Shown here piece by piece: positions 9,553 through 19,427 of a stretch of DNA of 64,000 bases. The DNA is taken from positions 96,001 to 160,000 of the forward strand of contig CAXWPJ010000010.1 in the NCBI GenBank assembly GCA_963664115.2, written 5' to 3'. Numbering within the stretch: position 1 is the stretch's first letter; every line of letters starts with the position of its first letter. Both the position numbers and the translations under genes were made by a program. Source of the DNA: Terriglobia bacterium. Lineage in GTDB: Bacteria; Acidobacteriota; Terriglobia; 20CM-2-55-15. Under the pieces are notes generated by a model that saw only the letters and a program-made list of their open reading frames with translations, searched no databases and had not been told where the DNA came from.

Positions 9553-9582
9553 ATTATCCGTCTGACCGTAAAGCAGTGTCAA
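9553..9582 (-). promoter_or_regulatory. sigma70-like promoter for the leader/efflux operon
   Basis: TTGACA (9582-9577)-N18-GATAAT (9558-9553). Confidence 0.55.
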
Positions 9583-9981
9583 TAAACCAAACTGAGCCAC
9601 CACCCGAATTAACACTCAGTCTGGCACTATAGGTCAGCGTGCCAACCTGTCCTACCGGACGAAATTACAATCAGTTGCCAACGGTTCGCGTGAATTAACC
9701 CGAACCTGTGTCCCCAATTTCTTACCCATCCGCAGGGCGCCGGAAAGTGATGCATCCAGATGTCAACCCCCGACACGATGATTTTTCAGAACTTGACCTC
9801 TCAAAACTACGGCACAAGCACGCGCACTTTTCGTTTCTCAAACCACTTCCCTCTGGTGATGGTCTCGTGTGACGGGATCTCGTCTGTCGTGTCTCCTTGA
9901 TCGAGACAGAATTTCGCCAGACAATGAACCCTATTCTTTAACAAAGCGCGCTTGTCGCGACTACGCTTCGGGAGACCCAAC

Positions 9982-10437
9982 ATGGAGAAGACGATTTCGC
10001 AGTTACTTGGGGACTTTGACCATGGCAAACTTACTCGGCGGCAACTGATTCAGGCGCTCACCATGCTCGCCCTTGGTGGCACATCAGCAGTTGCCGCACC
10101 TCTACCCTCTCAGAATATTGACCACGTGTCGGTGCTTGTCTCAGACCTTGCTCGTTCGATTGACTTCTACCAGAACGTGTTTGGGCTCTCTATCGCGAAT
10201 CGAGACGACGCCAATCAAATCGTGCGATTGAGTGCGGAAGGTAAGATGATCGTTTCGCTGCGGCAAGAGGCTCCTCCGGGACGGATCGACCACTTCGCAA
10301 TTAACGTCGCAGGAACTGATCGAGAATCAGTCACCCGAGACCTGCGTGATGCAAACCTGACACCGCAGGAAAATCTCGAATTTGGTTTTCACGTTACCGA
10401 CCCTGATGGTGCAGTAGTGCAGATTTCGGGTGTCTGA
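9982..10437 (+). CDS. VOC/glyoxalase family protein with Tat-like signal
   Basis: LTRRQLI twin-arginine motif; IDHVSVLVSDLARSIDFY, IDHFAI and TDPDGAVVQI motifs. Confidence 0.85.
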   Translation: MEKTISQLLGDFDHGKLTRRQLIQALTMLALGGTSAVAAPLPSQNIDHVSVLVSDLARSIDFYQNVFGLSIANRDDANQIVRLSAEGKMIVSLRQEAPPGRIDHFAINVAGTDRESVTRDLRDANLTPQENLEFGFHVTDPDGAVVQISGV

Positions 10438-10839
10438 ACAAGCAAGATCGAAGTCCAGTCAGCAGCGACCAGTTTTCTCAACCCGTCGGCGGCAGCCGTG
10501 TCACCCTGGGATGTGCGCTGTCACCGCAATGGACGCCGAGGCGCATTCTCGCGTTGCGAACTGAGAAACCCGCGTATTTCAGCTAATTCTCAACTTCCGT
10601 AGTCGAGGGGCGGGCAAACGGCTGGATCAACCCGAGAGTGCCGCAACTCGACTAATACCGGAATTCGACGTATCCTTTGGCTGGCCGGGAGGCACACGGG
10701 CCAAGCAAATCCTGTGAGTTCGTGGTGTAGGGATCCAGAAACAGAAATCGGTTCGTGCACCGTCGACGTGCTTCGACCCGACAACGCAGCCACAATTCAT
10801 TCTATCGAGCAAGACACCTCATAGCTCTTGGAGAAGGAG

Positions 10840-11703
10840 ATGAGCGGACCCAGCACTGTCCATTCAAAATGGACGCCTTACTTGTTGAGCACTCTTAGGA
10901 TCGTCATTGGGCTTACGCTCATCCGGCATGGCCTGCAGAATCTGTTCGGCTTTCCCGGCGAGACGGACCCCAACTTTCAGGCAGTTCTCGGTGGACTGGG
11001 AGGCATGCTTGCATTCCCCGGCGGTCTGTTATTGATCCTGGGGCTTTTCACACGCCCCGCGGCACTCATACTTTCGGCCGTGATGGCCATGGCTTATTTC
11101 CTGGGATCGTTCCAACAGGGCTACCTGTGGACCTTTTTGAATGGGGGGGAGCCTGTTGTCTACTATTGCGTCGTCTTTCTCTTCCTTGCTGCAGCCGGTG
11201 GCGGATCGCTGAGCCTTGATCGAGTGTTGTCACGCAAAGGCAGCGATGACGCCCTCTACGCCTTGCCCGAGTGGGCGCCGTACCTTCTCAGTGTCGCTCG
11301 AGCCGTTATCGGTTTCCTGTTTGTTCAGCACGGCACGGAAAAGCTCTTTGCCTTCCCAGGCGGTACAGTGGATCACAATTTTGCGGCAATTCGCGCATGG
11401 GCCGGCCCCATTGAGACCATTGGAGGCATCCTGATCCTGCTCGGTCTCCTGACCCGTCCGACCGCTTTCATCCTTGCCGGTCATATGGCTGCCGCGTATT
11501 TCATACGCTTTCCGGCCCGAGGTGTTTGGAACAGTTTGATCCTCAGCGAGGCGGCAACCTACTTCTGCTGGTTTTACCTATTCATGTCCTCTGCCGGCGG
11601 CGGGCCGTGGAGTCTCGACGCTTTCATTAGCCGCAGGCGGAGCCGTCAGGCCGTTTCCCTCTCAGACGAAAAATTGAAGGAGCAAGCCATTCAAACTGAA
11701 TGA
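10840..11703 (+). CDS. DoxX-family membrane protein with two tandem DoxX domains
   Basis: The unit W.PYLLS..R..IG.....HG...LF.FP ... LGL.TRP.A.IL ... GGG..SLD occurs twice; ATG follows AAGGAG. Confidence 0.85.
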   Translation: MSGPSTVHSKWTPYLLSTLRIVIGLTLIRHGLQNLFGFPGETDPNFQAVLGGLGGMLAFPGGLLLILGLFTRPAALILSAVMAMAYFLGSFQQGYLWTFLNGGEPVVYYCVVFLFLAAAGGGSLSLDRVLSRKGSDDALYALPEWAPYLLSVARAVIGFLFVQHGTEKLFAFPGGTVDHNFAAIRAWAGPIETIGGILILLGLLTRPTAFILAGHMAAAYFIRFPARGVWNSLILSEAATYFCWFYLFMSSAGGGPWSLDAFISRRRSRQAVSLSDEKLKEQAIQTE

Positions 11704-11954
11704 GCGCATGCCATCCAAGGGATTCGCTCGGGAGGAGTGAGCAAAGGCTATCCACCGATGTTCAGTTGACAATGCCCGTGGGACGCAGTAAACACAGAGC
11801 ATTGTTCTGACTTAAGTAATAGGTGGTCGAGCGCCACCTCTGGTTGGAGGCTCTCGAATCGGGAAGGCTTGGTTCGAAAGCCGTTTCAGAGATGGCTCTT
11901 TGTCACTGATCAGCGAGCAGGGTTGCCGGTGGCGACCACTGGGGAGGACGAGAG

Positions 11955-14042
11955 ATGGCCAAGCAACGCGACAATAAGCGGAACGATCCAAAGCTTCAGA
12001 ACAAGAACGGTCTCAACAGACGAGATTTCGTCAAAACAGGGGCTGCCGCCGGGCTGGGTGCGGCCGCGCTGTTCGAGCCAGAAAAGGCGCAAGCGCAAGG
12101 CTCCGCGACTGGCGCCGAAGGCATCGTATGGGACTATGAAGTGGATGTTGTCATCGCGGGGGGCGGGTGCGCAGGCCTGACTGCGGCCATTCGGGCGAGG
12201 GATCTCGGGGCCAGCGTGCTGGTGGTCGATCAGAATTTCGATCTTGGCGGCAGAATGTTGCACAGCGGGTCCTTCGTGTCGCTGGGCGGCGGCGACCCGG
12301 TCCAGCTCAGGGATATGCATGGCCAGAGTGACAAAGAGGGCTTCGTCACCGTAGATGCGGTCGAGGATCCGGAAGAACTTGACGACAGTATCGATCTCCT
12401 GTTCACCGACATCACCGACTGGTCGGTCGTCGACCCCAAGTCCCAGAGCCCTTACAGGTACAACGAGCGGGAGTTGGTGCGCGCTTGGGCCGAAAACTGC
12501 CCGGCCACCCGGCAGTTCCTGATCGACAACTATGTCCGGTTCACGCGGGTGAGCGGCACGCATGGCGGCGGCGGTTTGTCGCGCGCTCGAGGCGCGCGAT
12601 GCTTCCTCATGCTGGGCGACAAGACGGACATGAAGGCGGGAACCATCACCGCGGAGGATGCCGGCCGCGCCGATCCCGAGCGCACGAGCGCATTCGCACC
12701 GGTGCAGATGACGGATGCGAGCCGCTTTGCCGGACCCAACGCCGTAGGAAACGGAGTTGCCCTCTCCCGGCCGCTGGAGTTCTCGGCCCGTGAGAAAGGC
12801 GTGGAGTTCATGCTTCACCGTCGTTTTGACGATCTCGTGCGGGAGCAGCCATCCTCGGGCAGAATTCTGGGGATCAGGGCGCAATATTCGCCGCGGCGGC
12901 ACCCTGAGACCGGCGACCTTATGCAGAGCTATTGGCAGAACGGCAATATCGACGAGCAGCGGGAGACGGTGAACATCAGGGCTCGCCGGGGGGTCGTCCT
13001 CGCCAGCGGCGGTCACGCGGGCAATCCTGAGGTACGCAGCATGTTCTACCCTGCCTTCCGGGAACCCGCCTTCCCGACCAGCGGTGTGGCCCTGCAGGGC
13101 CCCCATGGTCAGGACGCAAGCGCCCTCAAGGCCGGCCTGAGGATTGGCGCCAACCTCGCGGGCATGCAGCAGAACCTCTCCTATGGCACGACGTTCCACA
13201 TCTCCACGCGACTGGGCACTCGGGATGCGTATACCACAATGATGCCCGGTCACCCGACTTTCGGCTTCCGCGGCTCGGCAGGGATCAATGTCGGCAACGC
13301 CGGCTTCGAAGAGTTCATCGCGGTGAACCAGGTGGGGAAGCGATTCTTCAGCGAGGTCCGCCTTCCCATCCGGCCCGGTTTAAACCGGTATCCCGGCGAC
13401 GGTGGCGCCCCGGGCCAGGGGCTTGACCACACGCCGCTCGACTGGCGCAATTGCCGGAAGGAGTGGGTCAGGCAGATGTATAGCTATGACCACGGCCTCG
13501 ACGCCGCGCTGGCAATAAACGAAGGATCGGAGCCTCCCGACTACTTCTCCGGTCCGCTTTGGGCGATCTTCGACCAGGATGCAGTCGAGCGCACCGGCTG
13601 GGAGCTTTGGTACCCCTATGTGTCCGACAACGGCTATTTCTTTAAAGCCGATACCATCGAGGATCTGGCCGCACAGATTGCCGCGGGCCACGAGTTCCAG
13701 CGCATGCCGCTAAAATATCTGGCCGAGACTGTGGCCACCTGGAACGGTTATGTGGATGCCGGTGCCGACCCCGAATTCGAGCGCGACGCCGATGCGCCTA
13801 TGAACCCCGTCGAGACGCCGCCATTCTATGCCCTCTCGATCATGGTGATCTGGCATGATTCCTACGGCGGCCTGCGGGTCAACGGCCGGCAGCAGGTCAT
13901 AGATATGGCCGGCCAGGTCATTCCCGGTCTCTATGCCGGCGGGGAGGCCGTGGGCGGCTTCAACAAGCACGGCTTGGGCAAAGGTCACGTCCATGGTTAT
14001 ATCGCCGGGACGCATGCGGTCGAAGAGCCCTCCACCGAGTAG
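11955..14042 (+). CDS. Tat-exported FAD-binding oxidoreductase (FAD_binding_2, flavocytochrome c / ketosteroid dehydrogenase superfamily)
   Basis: NRRDFVK Tat motif; VVIAGGGCAGLTAA, GVVLASGG, VNQVGKRFFSE, GGLRVN and IPGLYAGGE motifs. Confidence 0.9.
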   Translation: MAKQRDNKRNDPKLQNKNGLNRRDFVKTGAAAGLGAAALFEPEKAQAQGSATGAEGIVWDYEVDVVIAGGGCAGLTAAIRARDLGASVLVVDQNFDLGGRMLHSGSFVSLGGGDPVQLRDMHGQSDKEGFVTVDAVEDPEELDDSIDLLFTDITDWSVVDPKSQSPYRYNERELVRAWAENCPATRQFLIDNYVRFTRVSGTHGGGGLSRARGARCFLMLGDKTDMKAGTITAEDAGRADPERTSAFAPVQMTDASRFAGPNAVGNGVALSRPLEFSAREKGVEFMLHRRFDDLVREQPSSGRILGIRAQYSPRRHPETGDLMQSYWQNGNIDEQRETVNIRARRGVVLASGGHAGNPEVRSMFYPAFREPAFPTSGVALQGPHGQDASALKAGLRIGANLAGMQQNLSYGTTFHISTRLGTRDAYTTMMPGHPTFGFRGSAGINVGNAGFEEFIAVNQVGKRFFSEVRLPIRPGLNRYPGDGGAPGQGLDHTPLDWRNCRKEWVRQMYSYDHGLDAALAINEGSEPPDYFSGPLWAIFDQDAVERTGWELWYPYVSDNGYFFKADTIEDLAAQIAAGHEFQRMPLKYLAETVATWNGYVDAGADPEFERDADAPMNPVETPPFYALSIMVIWHDSYGGLRVNGRQQVIDMAGQVIPGLYAGGEAVGGFNKHGLGKGHVHGYIAGTHAVEEPSTE

Positions 14043-14091
14043 TCACATTCAATTCCGGTGGGGGTTACCCCACCGGTAGAACTCACCGCCC

Positions 14092-15036
14092 ATGACTCCG
14101 GAAGACGATATGACCCCCAAGATCAGCGTGTTGAGCTGCGAGATGTCGCCTGGTGAGGTCGATGCCGGCGCCGACATGACTCTGAAGGGCAAAGTCTCAT
14201 GCTCCCCTGCAGCAGATCTGCGGGGAACAACTTTCATGATCAAGGACCAGGACGGCGCTTTTGCGGAGAGCATTGAGCTCACCGAATTCGACGGTGAGAG
14301 CAACGAGACCCGTGAATTCGTGTTGAAGGCGCCCCTCGGGCCGGGGGCCTACACCTGGCTGGCCGTCTGCCCGGCGGATGCGAAGCCAAGTATTTCGCTT
14401 GAGGAAACGTCAGCACCGTTTTCATTCACCGTCATAGCGCACAGGATGCAGGTCGTCGTCTGGGACGCGCCGTCGACCATCGAATGCGGCCAGCGGTTCA
14501 GCATCAAGATCGGGGTCAAGTGCTCCTCCGATTGCCGACCCGACGGTTGGGCGCTGGAGGTATGCGACCACGACAAGAATAAGCTCGCGAGGGCCACCCT
14601 GAACGACGAACCCTGGCACGACACTACCGCCCTTTACTATGCGGAGGTAGACCTGAGGGCCCCTGACACGGAGGGACTCTATGCATGGGAAGCCAAGTCT
14701 GACGCGACCGGTCTGGATGTCCCGCACGCCGAGTGCGTCGCCAGTATTGGCGTGAGAGTTGTTCCCACACCCGAGTGCATCTTGACGGTCGAAGCAATCG
14801 ACATGGAAAGTCAGACTCCGGTCAAAGGCGCCAAGGTGGTTGTCCACCCCTACAGAACCCTCACGGACGAGCACGGTGTGGCTGAGGTGAGGATTCCGAA
14901 GGGCAAGTACAGGCTTTTTGTTTCCGAGAAGAATTATTTCCAGTTTCGCAGCGACGGCGACGTGCGGACTGACATAACGATCAGGGCAGAGCTTGCGTTG
15001 GACGTGGGGCTTTCGGATGCCGATATCTGGTCCTGA
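14092..15036 (+). CDS. Hypothetical Cys-rich protein with two repeated Ig-like domains and a carboxypeptidase-regulatory-like domain
   Basis: Internal duplication (L.AP...G.Y.W.A twice); C-terminal TPVKGAKVVV..TDEHGVAE..IPKGKYRL. Confidence 0.6.
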   Translation: MTPEDDMTPKISVLSCEMSPGEVDAGADMTLKGKVSCSPAADLRGTTFMIKDQDGAFAESIELTEFDGESNETREFVLKAPLGPGAYTWLAVCPADAKPSISLEETSAPFSFTVIAHRMQVVVWDAPSTIECGQRFSIKIGVKCSSDCRPDGWALEVCDHDKNKLARATLNDEPWHDTTALYYAEVDLRAPDTEGLYAWEAKSDATGLDVPHAECVASIGVRVVPTPECILTVEAIDMESQTPVKGAKVVVHPYRTLTDEHGVAEVRIPKGKYRLFVSEKNYFQFRSDGDVRTDITIRAELALDVGLSDADIWS

Positions 15037-15072
15037 TAGACGAAGCCGCCACGAATCAGGAGAGGAAGTCCG

Positions 15073-15825
15073 ATGTTGAAGATCGCGGTTGGTGTGCTCG
15101 GTCTTGCGTTTGTCATTGGACCGGTTGCCGGTGCCGGGCAAGTAATCGACACGGTCTTATTCGAGCAGGGGCAGCAACTCTACGAGGACAACTGCGCGCT
15201 TTGCCATACAGATTCCGGCACGGGGGATCCGCCAACTTTCCCGGCATTGAACGGCAATGACCAGCTCGGAGACCCTGTTCGGATCGTCATCAACATTCAC
15301 CAGGGCGAGGGCGCCATGCCTCCATTCCCTGATCTGATCGCGCAGGAAATCTCCTCACTAGCAAACTACGTTCGCAATGCGTGGGCCAACGACTTCGGCA
15401 GCGTAACCACCGAAGAAGTGGCAGCGGTACTGGAGGGACTCGCAGAAATCGGTCCGATGGCATCGGTCTGGGATGGCGTATTCACCGAGGCACAGGCAAA
15501 TCGGGGCCAGGCTGTGTATTCAGGTGCCTGCGGCGCCTGTCACGGCCGCAGGTTGAATGGCGCTCCCGACGATCCGGATATGCGGTCAACGCCTCCGCTG
15601 GCGCGGGCAACGTTCCTCCGCAACTGGGAAGGAAGATCGCTTGCCACACTGTTCGAATACACCCGGGCGAGGATGCCGGAAAGCAATCCGAGCTCTCTGA
15701 CCGACGAAGAGTATGTGGATGTCATCGCCTACATGCTCTCTGTTGGCGGGATGCCGGCGGGAGATGACGACCTCCGACCCGACCCGCAAAGTCTCGCACG
15801 CACCGTCATCCAACAGCAGCCATAA
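15073..15825 (+). CDS. Di-heme c-type cytochrome
   Basis: Signal peptide; CALCH and CGACH heme motifs with distal MPP/MPE. Confidence 0.9.
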   Translation: MLKIAVGVLGLAFVIGPVAGAGQVIDTVLFEQGQQLYEDNCALCHTDSGTGDPPTFPALNGNDQLGDPVRIVINIHQGEGAMPPFPDLIAQEISSLANYVRNAWANDFGSVTTEEVAAVLEGLAEIGPMASVWDGVFTEAQANRGQAVYSGACGACHGRRLNGAPDDPDMRSTPPLARATFLRNWEGRSLATLFEYTRARMPESNPSSLTDEEYVDVIAYMLSVGGMPAGDDDLRPDPQSLARTVIQQQP

Positions 15826-16134
15826 AGAAGTGCAGTCAGGACAAACATGCTGACGCGGTGGCGAACGAACACAGAGCCATCAAGGAAGAGCGGTGTCTGG
15901 CTTCCGGCCCATCCGGGCGCCGGATTGCATCGGATGAAGAGACTACGGGTGGGATTTCAGGTCAATCGAAACGGCAATTCCATCCAATCATCGCATAATC
16001 GAACCCCTCTTTCTCACTTCTGGATGGTTCAACTTTCGAAAGACCTTCTCGGACCTTGAAAAACCCCAGTAATTTGTCCAACTCTTAATGTCCGAGAAGA
16101 TTGTTCGGACTTGAGAATCGTTTTCACGGTCGTT

Positions 16135-17601
16135 TAGTACTACTGTGTTACAAACGAAGCGGCCCACAGAGCGGACAGCACGGGAGCTGCTGGATGAGGA
16201 ATCGTGCGATGCGAACGCGAAGTGAGGCGATCGAGCACGGATTATGTCGCTCGGGCCGGATCCGGGGCTCCGCGGGGTTTGAAGTGTCTGGGGAGTTGGG
16301 GGACGGATAGTCCAACATGCGTGACAAATGCAGAGGGGGAAAAACGGTTCCGCTCAGCGACCAGGAACCCATAAGCTGCGATGCATAAAGCGCCATGGTG
16401 GTGAAATCCACGCCAGCCGCGACCTTCGTAATGGCCCAGTCCGAGTTCCTGCTTGAGTTCCTGATAGTCGCGTTCGATGATCCAGCGATGCTTGGCCCGA
16501 TAGACCAGATTTGAAAGAGAGGTATTGGTCTCGAGACTGGAGAGCCAGTATTGAACCGGTTCGGATTCGGTCTTGGGCCATTCGATCAACAACCATTCTT
16601 CCGGATGGGGCTCGTGGCGCTCATGATCGCGATGAGCCGTGCGAATCCGGATTGCGGCGAAGCGGGAGCGCAACGTGTCGGCCGTGCCTTCGCGCCAGGA
16701 CACGTTCTTCCATTTTTGTCGAGGCAAGGAGAGAGCCAGTTGTTTGACCGAAACAGGACGATGCTTCTTGTGACGCCTCAACAGCGTCGGCGGGCGTCCC
16801 TGGCCGGTCCACGACTTCTTGGGCAGGGGTTGCCGACCGGGCTCCCAGACCGAGGTCGAGGATTGGATGCCAACCACATAAGGCAGCCCCAGTGCGGTAA
16901 TCGTCGCGCGAAACTTACTGTCGTTGCCGTAGGCGGCATCGGCCAACACGGGAGCCGTCCCCACACCGTCCGCAATCGCCTGTCGGATTTGGTCCAGAGC
17001 AATCGCAATCTTGGTCTGGAATCCAACAGCATCCGGGACACCGGTCTTCTTGCGGCGTTCGGCATCGTTCGCCCAAAGCTTCGGCAGGTACAGCCGCCAT
17101 GCCACGGGCAGACTCGATTTCGCCGTCGCTAACTGACCGCCACCCGGCAGTTCTCCTGTTTGCCGACCTGTCCACAGTATTGCCGGGCCACGCCTACCGA
17201 GTGGGTCCCCTTCTTCACGAATCCGGTGTCGTCGACAATCCACGATTCAATCGGACCGTGCGCTTCCATCCCCGGCAACGTCGACTCCCGGACTTGTCGC
17301 AATATGGCCGCATCCTCCCAGGGGGCATCGGCCACCAGGTGATGCAACGACTGATGCATTCGGCGCACATTATCCGGAGCCAATCGCGCCGCCATCGGCT
17401 CCACGCTCTTGCGCTTGATTGGCAGCAGCAATCCCTTGCAGTACCACTTCAGCGGTTCATGACGGTCGGCGTGTCCGGCGGCCGACGCCAGGCGTTCCAT
17501 ATAGGCCGCAAAACGTTCTTCCTGAGTGCCTGGCGCCTTCGTTTTGGCGCTCATGTGCCAATGCTAACACAAGCTCGTCATTTTGTAACACAGTAGTACT
17601 A
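16135..17601 (-). mobile_element. IS701-family insertion sequence
   Basis: Perfect 20-bp inverted repeat TAGTACTACTGTGTTACAAA at 16135-16154 and 17582-17601, enclosing the transposase. Confidence 0.9.
16242..17554 (-). pseudogene. IS701-family transposase, frameshifted near 17131
   Basis: RKSVEPMA and DDTGFVKKGTHSVGVARQYCG in one frame; WRLYLP, LADAAYG and RWIIERDYQELKQELGLGHYEGR in another. Confidence 0.88.
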
Positions 17602-17602
17602 G

Positions 17603-19087
17603 CAGCCCGTGGTGAAAGTCAGTTTCATAGTATTTAGAAGAAGGACCGGATGCGACCATATCGCGAGGAACATTGAGGTAAGGAGACCGCGCTATGGGAA
17701 TGGGACGAAGAAAGGACCGACAGGAGACGTTGTGGGTGGCGACGGCGGAGTTGCCGCGAACCGCGGGCCACGTGTTCTATGAACGGGTGAACCGAATCCT
17801 GAATGAGACGAATTTCGACCGGTTCGTCGAGGATGCCTGCGAGAAGTTCTACGCCGCAGTGATGGGTCGGCCGAGCCTGGCACCGGGCAGGTATTTTCGG
17901 ATGCTGCTGGTCGGCTACTTTGAAGGGATCGATTCGGAGCGGGGAATCGCATGGCGGTGTGCCGATTCTCTGAGCTTGCGGGAATTTCTGGGATTGGGAC
18001 TGAGCGACGCGGTGGCGGATCATTCGACGGTGTCGCGAACCCGACGGCTGATCGATCTGGAAACGCATGGAAAGGTTTTTTCGTGGATGTTGGGCGTGTT
18101 GGCCAGTGAGGGCCTGATCGATGGGAAGACGGTGGGCGTGGATGCATCGACGCTGGAGGCGAATGCGGCGATGCGAACGATCGTGAGACGGGATACCGGA
18201 GAAGCCTACAACGAGTTCCTGACACGGCTGGCGCAGGCGTCGGGCATTGAGACTCCGACCCAGGCCGAGCGGGCCCGGCTGGACCGAAAGCGCACGAAGA
18301 AGGGATCGAACAAAGAGTGGGAACATCCCCACGACCCGGACGCGCGAATCACGAAGATGAAGGACGGCCGGACTGATCTGGCGCACAAGGTCGCACATGC
18401 CGCCGACATGAAGACCGGGGCCATCCTGGCAGTCACCGTGCAGGGCACCGACCAGGGCGACACGACGACGATCAAAGAGACGATGATCGAAGCGGCTCGT
18501 CAGATGGAGACACTGGCGGCCGATCCTGAATCGAAGTTGCGGGATGATTGCCTCTCCGAAATCGTGGCCGATAAGGGATATCACAGTAACGATACGCTGA
18601 CCGGTTTCAGGGACCTCAATATGCGCAGCTACATCTCGGAGCCGGACCGGGGCCGGCGCAACTGGAAAGGCAAGCCCGACGAACAAAAGGCCGTCTATGC
18701 GAACCGGCGGCGGATCCGGGGTGAGCGGGGCAAGCGGTTACTCCGACAGCGGGGACTGATGTTGGAACAACCGTTTGCGCACACGCTGGAAACTGGCGCA
18801 ATGCGTCGGGTTCACCTGCGACATCGCGACAACATTCTCAAGCGTGTTCTGATTCAGTACGCTGCGTTGAATCTGAGCCTGATTCTTCGGAACAATTTCG
18901 GGAATGGCACACCGCGAGGCCTTCAGGGCCAGCATGTCACTGCCTTGTTCACCCTGATACTGCTCTGGAGCCACTATGCAACGCTCTCTTTCGATCGTCA
19001 CCGCTCCCGAAACGATTTCGCAGCCGATCCTTCCCGGAACACTCCTGTGAATTCCGGCTCAAAATATGCCACTTCTGCCACGGGCTG
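17603..19087 (+). mobile_element. IS1182-like insertion sequence
   Basis: Inverted repeats CAGCCCGTGGTGAAAGT (17603-17619) and ACTTCTGCCACGGGCTG (19071-19087), 14/17 match. Confidence 0.85.
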
Positions 19088-19088
19088 A
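17694..19088 (+). CDS. DDE transposase (DUF772 N-terminus, IS1182/IS5-like)
   Basis: GRPSLAP, EGIDSERGI, DHSTVSR, VDASTLEANA, DPDARI and VADKGYHS motifs. Confidence 0.92.
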   Translation: MGMGRRKDRQETLWVATAELPRTAGHVFYERVNRILNETNFDRFVEDACEKFYAAVMGRPSLAPGRYFRMLLVGYFEGIDSERGIAWRCADSLSLREFLGLGLSDAVADHSTVSRTRRLIDLETHGKVFSWMLGVLASEGLIDGKTVGVDASTLEANAAMRTIVRRDTGEAYNEFLTRLAQASGIETPTQAERARLDRKRTKKGSNKEWEHPHDPDARITKMKDGRTDLAHKVAHAADMKTGAILAVTVQGTDQGDTTTIKETMIEAARQMETLAADPESKLRDDCLSEIVADKGYHSNDTLTGFRDLNMRSYISEPDRGRRNWKGKPDEQKAVYANRRRIRGERGKRLLRQRGLMLEQPFAHTLETGAMRRVHLRHRDNILKRVLIQYAALNLSLILRNNFGNGTPRGLQGQHVTALFTLILLWSHYATLSFDRHRSRNDFAADPSRNTPVNSGSKYATSATG

Positions 19089-19427
19089 TAAGCAAAGTCA
19101 CCAGACCTTTCTCCTATTCGACATAATTGCCCAGATGGACACCTGAAGACGTGGTAGTCGCTCAAGTCGAAAACGCGGACGGTATCCGAGTTCATCCAAT
19201 CAGTGACCCCCACTGACGCTACGCTCCATCCACTGACGCCTAGGCTCTGCCTTGTTGTCCATTCGCACCGGGGAAGCAGTGGGGTTCGTATGGGGACCCA
19301 TCGACAGGCAGGTGTGTCCAATAGGCTTCGCAATCAGGATGATGGTGAGAGTCGCCGGTCGTTCGGACAGGTTGTCCGAATGAACGAGGGAGCGAAATCC
19401 TTGATCGCGAAATTTGGAATCAGAACT

